A stretch of 57,295 nt of DNA, filler included, from Platydemus manokwari (taxonomy: Eukaryota): NCBI GenBank assembly GCA_037951405.1. It is 5 parts of 5 records of this genome, joined end to end, with 100 filler letters (N's around TTAATTAATTAA, not from the genome) between each part and the next. Parts side by side here need not be neighbours in the genome. Positions count along the whole stretch, not along the records: positions 1 to 15,394 come from JBBMOY011291428.1; 4 more parts are not named here. One strand, 5' to 3'. This document shows positions 1 through 14,262 of the stretch, in pieces. The notes beneath the pieces were generated by a model. It worked only from the letters and a program-made list of their open reading frames with translations, did no database searches and was not told the DNA's origin. Position numbers and translations under genes: made by a program. The first letter of the stretch is position 1; each line of letters begins with the position of its first letter.

Positions 1-2221
1 AAATCGTGAAACTGTTGCTTTCAGAAATTTACTACAGTTAATTAGATTAATGTAGTTTCGAGGAAAAAATTCATTATTCAAAAAATCTGAAAATAAATAC
101 AAAAAATATAGAGACATCAGATGGATATAGAAAGATTAATAGTCAGGCTAAGAATTTACAGCAATTCCACTGTGTTTACTGTCGTAAGATTATATTTAAT
201 GAGAATTTGTGACAGGAGATATTTAATGGATCGGTGCAAATCATTTCTTTTGATATTTTCCTTTGTAACCTACTGGTTTATTTATCATTGCTTTATCGAG
301 TTGTCAATTGATTCTATTTCAAAATCGGATCAGTTGTTTTCCAGACTGTTCGGTTTGGCCTTGTTTTTGTAACATATGATGGAATGAAACACTATATACA
401 ACAATTTGATTTTAAATAAACGATAAAATATGATTGAATTACTTCATTTGTTGATGCACATATAGATTCAATTTCATCAATAATTAGCTGTCACTCACAA
501 GAACAATTATGTTCATTTTAGAACTCTTATTGGTAAACCAACTTTCGCTCGATCTGATCTGTCTGGTGTTGTCATTTCCGAATGTTATCTGATCAAATAT
601 TTCGGAATGTTTGCTTTGATTTCCTTGTATATCATCGAGATATAAATCCCATCGTTTTATCGAAACTTTTACGACTACTATTTTATGAATGAATTTAAGA
701 GTCAATGTTTTTTAAAGCTATTTGTTGGTTTTTCGACCGAAGAACTGTGAAAGAAATAATAGATAAACATATTTAATTATATGTTACATATCGATTACTG
801 AACATTCAATGCCTTTCAATAAGTTTAGATATCCTGCCGACCGTTTATTTTTGGATATGCACTTTCTCTGATTCTCTGGTTTGGCCGGAATTTCGAACTT
901 TTTAACCCAAGAACTTAATCTCAATATTTTTCTACCATTTATCCACAAATGTTCGAAATTGTATTCAAAAGGTGTGAAAAATCAATGATTATATTAAATA
1001 ATAATATAATAATTTATTAAAAATGGATGTCAATGTTCTTTTCCAGGTGTTTTTGAGATTATATATTTGTGTTCCTTGTGCTTTCTATGATTTTCTGAAA
1101 AATGCAAAGCTTTTAGTTCCAACGAATCCAAATTATGATTTCTAACAAAATTTCTTATTTTTTCCATATTTCAATCCATAATTTGAGGAGATATTTACGT
1201 CTATAAATAACTGTGAAACAATTTAAAGTCATTCTGACGATCGATAAAATCACTCAATCGATTTGGGGAGAAACAACGGAATTAGAAATTGACTCCTCAA
1301 CCAAAAAATGATAATTATCAGTAATTATTTTAATTTAATTACTACAATTATTTCAATGATTTATCTGGCTCGAAATTAGATGGGATTGAATTTCAACGAA
1401 TTTTAAATTGACTTTGATATTCATCCAGTGAAATTGTTCTTCAATCTTGACAAAACACAAATTAAATTGGTAGTGAATGATTATCAGTTAACAAGTTAAT
1501 TTAATATGCCATGGAAACGATTTCCTCAATAATGAATTTACCTCAAATATTGGATTGGGAATTTCATATTTTTTCTTATCAGATTGAATTTTTTTTTAAT
1601 AAAACATTTGATAATCAAATAATTTCTATTTTTTGTGTAATTTATCAAAAACAAATTTAAATTTATCAAAAACAAATTTAAAAATATTACAGTGACTAAC
1701 ACAACCTTCTATTTGTAGATGACCACCAATTTACAAACTCAATTAGGTCGTTGAGAGTACAATTTAAAACAAAATAACACTCATTTCAATAATAATGTTC
1801 AACGAAAAACATCATGATTCAATTTCTAAAAGCTTTATCTCTTACTTAATATTCAAAAAACGGGGAGATAACATTGTGTTTTACTAATTTAAATTTTATT
1901 CCCTTGCTGTGATCGACCGATAATTTTTTCTCTCAATGATCTGCTTCAATTTTTCCAATCTAATTTCAGCAGCCATTGCTGGAAACCAGATTTGCTCACT
2001 ACTTGGTCATTCGACCAAATAAATTGATTTCAAAACATCCTATGCATTAATTATTGAAAAATATCATTATGTTTCGCTAATAATAGGATGTAATTAAATA
2101 ATATTTTATAAAATATAAATATATCATATAGCTTTTGCTTCAATGAGATTTCCAATTTAATGAATAACATATTTTATAAATTATATTTTTATGTTATAAA
2201 TTCTTACAAATATAATTCATA

Positions 2222-2463
2222 ATCTTTGGGAGGTTTATAATTCAAATAAGATCACGATTAACTCGTATTTATGAAATGGTTTTGTTCACAACATTACTGT
2301 AATCTCTGTAATTGATTTTAAAAAAGATGTTAAAAATACTTTTAATAAAAAATTTTAAAAGTGATTTTTAAAATGTGTGAATTGGAATTTGAAAAGAATG
2401 TTAAAAATAATCGAATATTTGTTGAAATTTGATGTACTAAGAAAATATATTATTTGTGTGGTG
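2222..2463 (-). repeat. Copy 1 (diverged) of a short dispersed non-autonomous repeat with CAC...GTG-like ends
   Basis: Its reverse complement shares cacaaataatatattt, aacaaatattcgattattt, gagattacagtaatgtt and tgaatt-taaacctc with 16802-17140; the last two blocks also match 36574-36762. Confidence 0.7.
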
Positions 2464-3639
2464 AAATCATGTCTTCTGAATTAAATATGAAAAACGAAGA
2501 CGTGTACGCGACTAACAATTCTCACGAATCTCTCTTTCTTTAAAATCTTTGATTTCCTATGTATTCCTAATGAACTCTATCGAATTCTGTAAATTGTTAT
2601 CCAAGTGAAACTTTTTATTTCTTCTCTCAATTTTATATTGTCTTTTTATATCTTTTTCCTTCGTCTTATATTTTCAAGCCATAAGCCATCATAGAATCGA
2701 ATCCAAACACTATTTTTTAAAACATACATTGAAAACGAACTGAAAACTCAGGAAACCAAATTATATTTAAATTACAATTATTTAAGGAAATAAACATTTT
2801 ATAAAAATATGATTTTAAAATCTTTCAAAAATAATTCATTTAACAATCCTCACAACAGGTACGAATCTTTGGCCGATAATTTATTCAAAAATATTGTTAA
2901 ATTATCACAGAATATTATTTAATAAAAATAAAAAAATTCTACTGGAAACAACCTGAAATTTACCAAGAAATATTGATAGTTTTTAAACTAACTGACTCAA
3001 AACTAACGATAAATATTCTACAATCGATTAGAGTTCTCCAAATGTTTAAAGCTTACTAAAATAAATTGAAAATTAATAAAAAGAGCACGATCTACTTTTT
3101 CTGTATGCTCTAAATCGTATGAAATCGATACGATTCAGATATAGATTATTTCATGAATTTTTCGACAGCATATTTTAACACATTGAGGGACAGTAGGAAC
3201 AAATGAAGTTCGAAATTGACGGTTATAGATACAAGTGTCCGTCAACGTGTTAAAAATTAAAGATAAATTATATAATCAAGTAATATATAATATATAATCT
3301 CACATTCATCATTAATGAAACATAGTTTCTTTATAAATAACCAACCGAACGTTTTTACTTTAATGGGAGAAACAAGAAATTTTCCAACTCTCGGAATATT
3401 TTGAAACTGTTATTTTAAAGGCATAATTTTATTTTGAAAATGGGAATTTTAAAACCGTTGATATTTAAATGATGATTTTAAATAGAAAATAGATTTATAT
3501 TAAAATAAAATAAATGATCGATCTAGTTTAATTGAATAATTTAATCAAATATACTTTTGTTTTTTGAAGTTCTTAGATTCGTTTTTAGATCGTATTTTAT
3601 AAAATTTTAAAACCTGACATTGAAATACGATCTATTTAT

Positions 3640-4330
3640 ATTGAATACGTTCGTAGGAGTCCATTCACATCATACTTGTTATTATACTTCTATTATCGAA
3701 TTAATATTTGTTCTCGATAATTACAAGCCTATAATTGAAATACTATTGTCTTCACCACCGGCTACTATGCTGTGCACAGAAATATCTGAACATTTTTCTT
3801 CACTAGCTCTCATATAAACATTGGAATCACTTTTTCAACCGATAAATTTCTTTTACCAAAATCCAATATGTTTTCAAAAATTACATCAAAGTGAAACTTG
3901 TATATTTCTATTTAATAGTGATTGCCATTATTGTGGAAAAGCTTTTAAACTTAATAATTCAATCGAAGATCAAGAACTGATGCTTTGATCCAGAATTAAA
4001 AAGCCAATACTAATTAAAGATAATTCATCATTATGACTTTTATGTATTTTTGAAAGTATTTGTTCCTTTTATACTTGATGCAATGGTTTAGAATTATTAT
4101 TAATAATAATTTGCTCTTAAACGTTTTTAATTTTTAATTTATTTATTTATAACAAAGCATGTGTAGATAGGAAATGTATTGACGTTTGATAAATGGGATA
4201 TGTTTAGTGTTCCGACAACAGAAATGCAATTTGATATGTCTTGTATATTAAAACCAATATTCGAATAAATAAATATTTCTACATTTCTGTTTATACGAAA
4301 TTGTCATTCGTGATGTATATGTGAAACATT
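3640..4330 (-). pseudogene. Possible decayed receptor-L-domain (EGFR/insulin-receptor-type ectodomain) gene fragment
   Basis: Manual minus-strand translation gives DISNCISVVGTLNISHL and IGFLIL...LLSLKAFPQ, resembling L-domain motifs, interrupted by stops. By-eye similarity only. Confidence 0.25.
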
Positions 4331-5725
4331 AATTTCTATTTCATATATAATAAAAGTCAAATATCGTTCACTGTTAATTATATTATATATGGATCCAGGG
4401 TATTTATATCATTCACGGTACATTGATTTTGACAGATAATGGTTTATTTATAAAGTCTTATCAACAACATGAAAATAGCTTAGCTACTCATATGATTATC
4501 GATATTTTCTAATAATTTTTATTTTCAATACATTTTATGTTATGAAAAATCTGAAATGATATTTAGAACAGATTCTCATGACAGAGTGGTGAAATAGGGA
4601 GCTTTCGAGTAGTCACCCGCTATTTCGAACCACCAATATGATTATTATAGAGGTGATATTTGTAGGAAGAATTACGAAACAGGTCTAGTAGATCAACTGG
4701 TGGGAATGTCATTGATTCATTAAATTAACCCTGTATCCTAATAATAAAAATTATATATATAATTATAATTATGATTATAATTATTCATTTTTTTTATACC
4801 CGGTAAATCAAATGAATTAACAAAATAAACCCCACAATTTATATTGTGTTAAATATATTTCAAAATTATTGGTTTCCCAAACCATTAAAATTGCTTCGTG
4901 GATTTAATTTTTGCCATAAACATTTCACTGATAAATATTATGCTGATCACAACACACATTATTTTAACTCCTTTTGTAAGTAAATTTATTTGTTTAAATT
5001 ATCTGTCTTTAGAAAGATTTTCAAGTAAAACCTCTTATTAGTGAATTTCATAATTTGAACGACATTGCTAAATCTAGCATGGAGTAAATCGATAAATGAA
5101 TGAAATCGATGTGATGTCAAATATGAATTTCGATGTGCTTTCAACATAGTAATTACTGAGAAACATTGAAAATCTACTTTAAACTGAATAATGAAATCAT
5201 TTGAAAGCAATAAATAATTACCATAACAAGTATAGAAACAGAAGACAACGAAAAAGCCCAGCCATTATTAACAAGACAACTATATTATGTTGTATATATT
5301 CTATCCCTTAAAAATGTGTTGTTATGAACATTTTGAAACAAAATATTATTAACTTGGTTTATCAAATTTCTTTCTAGTTGCTCTCTATTTTATCTTTTAT
5401 TACAATCTAATTTTACGTTCAATAAGCCTAGAGTATATGTGTTTGAGTGATGGTGTTCATTTCAACTAAAAGCTTATAATTTCGAGAATAACTATTGATC
5501 AACAGAAGAAATAATGACAATTTCTATTATATAACATCACAAATAGGTTCCATAAAACATTTATTCTATTGTTTGAATATCATAATATTTTATACACAAG
5601 ATCTTGATGGAATATAAGCTTTGTTATCACATTTATGATGACTAATTCAATTTTCTTATAAATTTAACTTTTGTTATAATGTATGAAAATAGCTTATTTA
5701 TTAAACAGTTTTAAAATCTAATATA

Positions 5726-6446
5726 CAATACAACTCCAAAAACTGGAACATTCTCAAATTAGACATCTTGAAACTGGAACCAAATTCCTAAAACTGGAAC
5801 ATACTTGTAGCTTATATTTTTACTATAATTTTAGGAGAACAGATAATTGTGTTTTGTTTAAATATTATTGACCACCATTTTTTATTCCAAAAACAAATCA
5901 GATGATTCTTGTTCAATTATTAAAAATGAAAATTGTGAACAGATATTATTGGAGGAAGGTAGGAAAGTCAATAATCCTTGTTTTACAGAAGACTGCCTTA
6001 TGCAAGTATATGGGTTGCAAAGAGAAATGGCTAAGCAAAGTTTCAAAGCTATCAAAATTCCGACCTTCGTAATCTTGTTAAAGGCACTCTAGAGGCAGCC
6101 GAGTATCCAACAAAGGAGTTAGTCATTGAAACCAGCACAAAAGATGGGTAAAGATTTTATTTAGTTATAAAATCAACCATATATAAAATTGAATGTTAAT
6201 AATATTTGGTTTAGTATTCAATACTTAAAAGGGTATAAATTCACCAGTTATTCAGTTTAGATGTATGAAATGCATTATTATCTCATTTTCAGCAAGTATC
6301 TGTAATTATGTACACACGGTTAATAAAATACACTTGATTGATTTTGCTAATCTTTTATTTTAACTAAAACCAAATTGTTCCTGAAACTGGAACAACACTC
6401 TCAAAACCGGAACATTGCACGTGATCCATTTTTGGGAGTTGTAGTG
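5726..6446. mobile_element. Non-autonomous TIR DNA transposon (~720 bp; CACTA/EnSpm- or Tc1-like ends)
   Basis: Left end caatacaactccaaaaactggaaca matches the reverse complement of the right end, cactacaactcccaaaaatggatca. Five subterminal aaac(t/c)ggaac repeats (three left, two right). No clean TSD and no transposase. Confidence 0.65.
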
Positions 6447-7119
6447 TTTTTATGACATAGTAATTTAAATTGTTAATAATTTAATAATATAGTTTAGGTT
6501 TTCTTGTCGAGGTTTTTAAGAACGAAAAGTTCTAATTATTCAATTCTATGCCATTTTAGAAGTGGAAATTCTACATCAGAAATTTAAAACATTTTTATTT
6601 TCCACTTTGATTTAATAATTAATTTAATTTTTCATCAAAAATTGTGATTTTCCAATGACTGGGCTGTTTATCAAGATTTTAATTATTATAAAATTCAATA
6701 AAAAATTGTTATGGAATATGAATAGAATATTTTGTTTAAGGCTTCTTAAATGAAACAGTGCAGACATTTTATTTATAAAATCGTCAAAAACAATATTTTA
6801 TTGAAAGGATTCGGACGACATATTTTACATTGGATATTTTATAAATGAAAATTCGATAATGTAGGAATATTAAATTTATTTCTGAAATTATAATGGGTTT
6901 AAAATTGATCAAGAAAAACTATATTCATGATTACTGGAAAAAATAAAAATTTCCTTAAATTACAGTTCGTTTGATAAATAATTGAATGTTTTGTTACTAA
7001 ATATAGCAACTTACAAGTCGAAATATGTTGAACTAATTAAATATAAATAAATTAATAATAATAATTTTAAACAAGGAAAATAATATTTGGATAAATAAAT
7101 TTTATTTGGAATTTTGTGA

Positions 7120-9363
7120 ATTAATGCTTGGTGTCTTGTTTTGATTCCTTACTCTCCAAAGGCAGCGTTAATCTAACAGGTGAATGGAAATTCTTTGTAA
7201 ATAAAAGTATCGATGCAAAATAGTTTCAGTCACTACTACTGGTCATAACTCATGCATCTTCAATGATCACTGTAATCATAATGCAAACATAAAAAGGATT
7301 AGGTAATAGTTGTTGTAATATTAAAAGACTTATTAAGTCAGCTCATGGTATCCATCGGTATGATCAAAATAAAGATTTTATCATCATTATATTATGTGTA
7401 TCATTTGAAAATTTAAATATTGATTTATAATATTAAGAACGAGACTTTGGTAACATTCAGGGTTGATCATAATATTAATTTCTTTTTTAAAGAAAAATGT
7501 TTAAAGTTGTTTAGAGCAATGAAGATCAGAGATGTTATTATATTTCCAACCATTTCCCAGTATCAGCACGTCATTAAGAGAATGAACACTGTAATGAACA
7601 AAAGAATATCTTATACCATTTCGAAATAACAAATTACTCGATTAATATTTTTTTTAAATACATAGCTGTTTTTTTTTAATTAAAATCATAAAATGTTTTA
7701 AGAAAAACCTTATGGATCATAATTTCGCTGTTTTGAAAAAAGAATTGAAAATGGTTAACATTTTTATTTGTATTAAAGAAAATGTATTAATTTTTTTTAT
7801 CGAATATTTTGTCTAGGTAACTTAATTATACAGTGTTATTAATGAACGTTTTTCTATTATTAATCATCAGATAACTTTTATTAATAAACATGCTCTGATT
7901 TTCTTTAACAGTATTTCGTTATATCTCGTTTTTAAATAAGAAAATTCAAGTATATTATCATTGTTATTCTTGCACAAAATGGAATGAATTAATCGATGTA
8001 AAATATGATTTAAGAAATTATATCCTTGGTTGATAGGATTTTCAAAGATTATTGTTTGGATATTTTTGAGTTAAGCTTTATATGAAGTCGACTCAATGAT
8101 ATTTCATTAATTGTTGCTGATGGTCAAGAAATAATATTGAATCAAGCACTGTTTACCAACATATAAAATAGATGTTATTAATTATTTTAAAATAAACACG
8201 TAAGTGAGGTTTATTTAAAAACACGATAAATAATTTAAATTTACATGGGATTAAAATGATTAAAAATTAAATCAAAAGATATTTTTATAAAAAATATATT
8301 AAATATTAATATTTATAAAAGGATATTGCATAAAAAATTCTGTTACACTCTCAGTTTTAAAATTATTAAAAGTAAAATTAAAATGTAATATAATTTGTGG
8401 GTATTTTTATATTTAAATTAATAATGAAGACATCAGATGGAAATAAATTTAAATTTAATATCAAAAATTTATTTGAAAATTGATGTACGTGGACAAATAG
8501 GTTTTTTGTTCTGCTGTAAACATGACTTTTGATTTGAATATCAAGAATGAAAAAAATTTGGCAACTAACAACGTAGTTATATATTTACGTATACTGGTAG
8601 CAAGGGGAAATTGATAAAATGAGGATATCCTATATTTGTATTTATCATATGAACTCTTTCTTGGACAAAGTATCAATATTTAGAAATTTACATTGTATGA
8701 TGGCAATGGTTGATGTGCAAATAAATTTGCTGTCGTATATAATGTTATCATATTCATTTAATATTTATCTATACATTATCATATGAATGATCATTTTTTC
8801 TAGATAAAGTATATAGCATAGCTTTTTACTTAATCTTTATGTATATATACACACATTATTTGTTTTATCCATGCTAATTTTTTCTTCATATTAGCTCATG
8901 TTATTTTTATCTACTAGCAAATACCATTGCATTTTAATTAATAACCCAGCCTCATTCAGAAATAACAAATATATAATAATTAATTAAACATCCATACATT
9001 CATTTATAAACCAGAAATGATTAACCATTTAATGAAATAATAGCATCGAAGATTATTTGTTATTATTTCTATCTCCGGTTTAAAAGTCTCGATGAATTCA
9101 TGCACAGCTCTAACACATATATTTCTTCTCGAAAGTAGTTGCAAGTATGATAATTGATGAGACAGATTTTCATTTTCAAAGTGAAAGTAATAATTGATAT
9201 GGATGTATATATATATATATATCATTGATAAATTAATAAGTAAATGAATCATGAGTAGATCAGTGCTGATGATAGATTAACTGTTTCCACTTTTTGTCTC
9301 CAGAGATGATGGTTCAATATTGCTTTTTCCCCTAGAAATCAATGATAATATCCAAACCATTCG

Positions 9364-9400
<37 letters not shown>

Positions 9401-9725
9401 GATTTCAATGCTGTTTTACTTTTCGGATAAGAGATTATTATTTTCATTTTCAATCTTAGTAATAAATTATTCAACGATTTCCATTAATAAGATCGATTAG
9501 AAATGATCGAATTCATTTTTTAACTTTTCATCTCAACGAAATCATTGAATCAGAAATCATCGCTGATTTATTATTATTTTATGTAATCAAAGAACGATTA
9601 ATGTTGCGCTTTGCAATAAACTGGGACAGATGATCCGTTTGAAACAAAATAGGTATAATGTTGGTGTGCTTTCAGTATAATCTGTTCTGATGGATGGGTT
9701 TGCAAATCGAAATTGAATTACGTCT
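7120..9725 (-). pseudogene. Decayed, intron-containing neprilysin/M13-peptidase-like gene
   Basis: Fragments occur in M13 order on the minus strand: KIIISYPK (~9430), EKAILNHHLWRQ (~9320), RRNICVRAVHEF (~9110), NTNIGYPHFI (~8630), PSATINE (~8110), GIRYSFVHYSVHSLND (~7590, the HExxH position), NFHSPVRL (~7180). Many stops and frameshifts. Confidence 0.45.
9367..9399. repeat. (AT)n microsatellite
   Basis: Directly visible. Confidence 0.95.
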
Positions 9726-11386
9726 GCTAATTAAAAAGCAAAATCAGGAATTTTTTAAAGCATTATTTTTCAGAATTAAAACATGGTTTCTTTGTTTAGG
9801 TTTATTATTAAATATGGAATTATTAAATTAATATGTGGATCAGTTTATACTCCATTGTTATTTATTTAATGTGCTTATGTGAGCTATATATATACACGCT
9901 ACTTTTGGGAAAGTCTTATTAAGCTGAAAATCGAATAGATCGATGTAATAACAAGAAACTAACAGTGGAAACCTTTACTAGAATCATTCCAAGAAACACT
10001 AACTAAGAATATGTGTGAATATCATGGACTCAATACAATATTAGCAGATCAATTAATCAAAGACAATGAAGACAATCCTATCATTGTTTTCGATCCATTG
10101 TTTTCCGAAAGACTTGAAACGGCACGTTTTGGATTCGTTGTTGCACATTCAAATCCGGATTTGAAAATTGTTTTAACGAGCTATTTCGTATGAATCTCGA
10201 AAATCTTAAAGCTTTCTTTTTCCGATAGTTTAACAGACTTTGGTGGGGAAACCTCCAGACGAAAAATTGGAGTGAAAAGATGTAAGAACATTATCGATCA
10301 AGACAGTTTGCTATGGAAAATTCAATAGCTGATAATAAAACAAACACTTTAACGCAGTCGAAGTTCACTTTAGAGACTTTGAAGCAATTTTTAACTCTGG
10401 ACTTCAAATGGAAGAAAAATGTGGGAAATATCTTTTCTAAATGAGATCGAAACGTAGAGTTAAAATTCAAAGATATCAAGTTCCCAGCTTCAATAAAAAT
10501 AAGAAAACATGAATCGTTGAAAAGGTGATTTAGATATTAACGAGAGGCATATTATGCGTTTAAAGTGCTTGTTTAAATGATATATCTGTCACAACTTTTG
10601 AAAGTGTTATTTATTTGAACTCAGTTAATACAATCTCGTTTAATCACATTTTGGTTGAAAATCCATCAATATTTTCGTTTAATTTGTCAATAATTTATTG
10701 TTTTTTAAGGTCACTAAAGATTTTTAAATTTTAAGTAATGTTGTTAAAAATGATAGGTTATTTTATCAGAAAAGACTTTTACACAATCCATTAACAAGTT
10801 GAATAAATTATTATTATTAATGATAAAGCCGCTTCAAGTTATTTAGTGAATTTCAATATTTTCAGCTAGTTATTTAGTAAGCTTATTATTATCACTACTT
10901 TATTGGGGCGGTCTTTATTGTTATATCCAGAATTTCTATAAATAAACATTTAAATAAATACGAAATAGAAAAATCTATTTTTATATTTATACCATTGATA
11001 TTAATATCGTTATCGACTGAACAGATACGAATCTACATTAGCATTGTCATCATTTTAGATCACTGAGATTTCCGATACTGTTAAGAATCATTAGAGTACA
11101 GAGAGTTATAAAAGTTTTCCTGCAAATTTCACTCAGTATCTTTTTTGCTTCTCTTTTTCTTAGCTAATGTTTGTATTCCGCCTGATAACTTTTTAGAATA
11201 ATGAGAAAAACATTCACATTCTACCATTCGGTGTACAGTTTTTTCTAAAATAAATATTTTAAATAAATATTTTAAAATACTATATTTAACTTCTTATTTT
11301 ATGTTCATTGTCTGTATTTATTTATTTATTTATATACAGCGTGTGTGTAAATTTTTGAAATTCTTATTTGTTATGGAAAATTCTAG

Positions 11387-11691
11387 ATGAGCATAACTGG
11401 ATCTATAGCAGCATCGACAGTGATATCACAGCAACGGAAAAGCAATCATTTAGCTCGCAATTCAATACCTCAACATTGGCATCACGATTCCAGTTACAAT
11501 GTCGAAACACACAGTGGCGCTCGACGTGCAAGTGCAAGAAGCGTTGATGCCGTTTCGATTTTCGGCACTAATCGTTGTCCTAATAGAGCACGCCCATCAC
11601 TTAGTCCGGTATCGAACAGTCCCCATGAACGATTTTCAATTGTTCATGAAAATAATGTTTTCAAAAATGAACCAATAAAAAATAGCGAAGG
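11387..11691 (+). CDS. Isolated probable coding exon of an unidentified gene (Ser/Arg/His-rich, disorder-like)
   Basis: Open 305-nt frame, more GC-rich than its flanks, bounded by a ttctag acceptor and a gtgaga donor. No partner exons were recognised. Confidence 0.5.
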
Positions 11692-12999
11692 GTGAGAATG
11701 AATTTCATTACATGTTATCAAAAATATCGATTTTCTGGTTAAATTGTTATTGGGTTATTGAAACGGTAATTGTTTTCATGTAATTTGATTAAAAAATTAT
11801 TAAATAAATAATTATACTGAAAAAATAAATATTTATCTAAAATTCTGATAAACAATACAACGTTATTTTCCTAACATATACCCATTAAGCAATGTTCCAA
11901 TTCAGTCTGATGAAAGATTTTCCAGTGTTTTTTCGAGAATATTTTTTTTCGCTTTAAACCCAACTTATCAAAGAAAATAAACGAAATTATTAATTAAAAT
12001 AACAAGTCAGATTTTTACCACCAAATAAAAATGCCTTAAGTGAAATAAATGTAAATTTTCTCCAGATATCCAGCTTGAATTTGAACTATTTTCACACAAT
12101 TTCTAATGGACATGTTGTTTCGAATTTTTTCGACTGGTGTCATAGCAAATGTGTCGAAAGATTTGACAACAATATTGGTACATTTTATAATTAATTTGCA
12201 ACCATATTTACAATAATCAAAATAATATCGTCCAATAGTTGATTCAAATCGACAGATATTTCTACTGTCAACTATGATTGGTATGCCAAGAAAAATGTCA
12301 AACATTGATCTATACGGTCACATTTGTAAATTTATTCATTAATTGAAGTAAATGTCGAATAGTATAGTTTTGTATCAGAAACAGATCATTGGATTATTGG
12401 ATCAATGAGGATGATTTATTCATATGCAAAATCAAATACCAAAGATACGGGCCTTTGGTGTTAATAATATGTTGAAATAAATGTTATCAAATATTTTCTG
12501 CGTTTGAGTAAATAATTTACAGAATCGTTAGTATAAGAATTTCCTCTCTTGTCTCTGCAATCTAGACTCAGCCATTATGTTTCTCGCACTTTTACTTGCT
12601 TACTGTTATCTATTAATTAAAGTAAAGGAAAAACGAACTATTATATGGCGTAAATTAATCCGAAACTGTCTGCAGATGAATGTTGACAATAGTAATCTTA
12701 TTTATTAAAAATTCGATTAATTTAATTATATAATTAACCAAAAAAAATTTTCATCTCCGATAAATTGTAATTATTAATTATAAAACATCATATATTTAAA
12801 TTCTAACATAATAATCAGTATTGGTATTATAAACTGCTCTTATTTCTTTAAACGCATTTGAAAAGAAATTTTATAAGTCATGGTATAAATATTTTTGACA
12901 GCAATTTTCAAACAAATTATCGTTTTTTAATATATTTATATTTAATTTTTTAGGAATTGCTATGTCTCAAGTCGTTAAAATCTTCACAGGTATTGTAAC

Positions 13000-13650
13000 G
13001 ATTGAGTTTGATTTACTGATTTAGCAATATTGACAATCCTGATATGTAATCAAATGATAAATCGGTTTCGTAGTCATTTCTCGTGATCAGTATCGAATCA
13101 GACATCTTACTCATCATTCTATAAGTTGATAACCATTTGACAGACTCTATTCTATTTCATTTGAATTTAGTAATAAACCAGAGGTACCTGATATAATTTA
13201 TTTTGTTTCCATATCCGTAATTAATCATATCAACAATTTACAATCGATAAAATAATTCCATTTCATACTCACCGATATTGAAAGGGTTTGTAATTAAAAT
13301 GGAAAACGTAAAACCGTAATATCACCATATTTGTCAAGATGTGCAAACTTCCTAACCCAGAATTTGAAAGATTGGACTGACTAAATATGACCATTGGACA
13401 GGTAAACATTACAATCAATATCTGTTGTTTTTTGGTAAAATTAAAATTGAAAATAATAATTATTTTACCGTTACCATTTTTGAAACCACTTTCTGAGAGC
13501 CTGGTATATCAGTGAACTAGATAGCGGTCTATTTTCCAGCCTATAATTCCGAGCTTTTTATTTTTACAGAAAATCCGATTGTTGGAATGAATTATTTAAG
13601 CTCATTGTAAAGCTCTTAACAAGAGATGCGGTTTCTATCAAATTGAATTA
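13000..13650 (-). pseudogene. Decayed Ras/Rab-family small GTPase gene
   Basis: Exon-like pieces in GTPase order: TASLVKSF (post-G1), FIPTIGFSVKIK (G2), FTDIPG (G3), then VY...SVQSFKFWVRKF...GDITVL. Stops and frameshifts are present, and splice-like boundaries are retained. Confidence 0.4.
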
Positions 13651-14196
13651 TTAATTCGTGTAGAAATTATCGTTGTTTATTTTTAAAATTTATCATAGAA
13701 TTTTTTTATCAGAATGGTTTTTTATCACAACTAAAGTTATCATTTGCACGTTTTGTTGAAAATCCGGTCTAATTAAGAAAAATACCAACTAACTTTGGGA
13801 TGAATTAGAATTTTTAAAATGTTTACGTTCGTTTATATACCAATAATTTATTGTTATTTAACTTTTCATGTTAAATAATTAGTTATAAATAATTTTTTTT
13901 TATTGTAAGCTGTCACCAACAATAGATATTTTTGTCATTAAGGATCCAGATGTGAATCCTAGGTTAGAAAATAAATAATAAAATTAATAAATAAAAATAA
14001 TAAAGTAGTTAAAAATAAAATAAAATAACAATCACTTTTGCTATATTTGTGCCATATGTTATTCTATTTCGTCTCTTTGTGGGCTTAGTGTGCTGGCACA
14101 AAGATGCAAAACGTAAGATATATTTTTTAAATAGCCTCTGTCTGATATAAATACTAAAAATGAAATAGCCAGTGATAAATCAAAAATCAGGGCTTA

Positions 14197-14262
14197 TTAA
14201 TAATAAAAATAATAATAATAATAACATTACTAATAATAATAATAACAATAATAATAATAATG
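14197..14262. repeat. Imperfect (AAT)n microsatellite
   Basis: Directly visible. Confidence 0.9.

Noticed and set aside
230-2040. Exon-like minus-strand fragments, and possible TGA read-through or alternative genetic code
   Set aside because: TAA/TAG stops also interrupt the frames, and intact genes here use TGA as a stop. Probably another relic, but no family could be assigned.
4585-4633. Imperfect hairpin gtggtgaaatag...ctatttcgaaccac
   Set aside because: Single, short and mismatched, with no tRNA or other ncRNA features.
8080-8740. Plus-strand BTB-like reading (DISLIVADGQEI...)
   Set aside because: The minus-strand neprilysin-like reading explains more colinear motifs over the same region.
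12036-13190. LDL-receptor YWTD-propeller-like fragments
   Set aside because: No intact YWTD motif; the 13.0-13.2 kb part fits the GTPase relic equally well.
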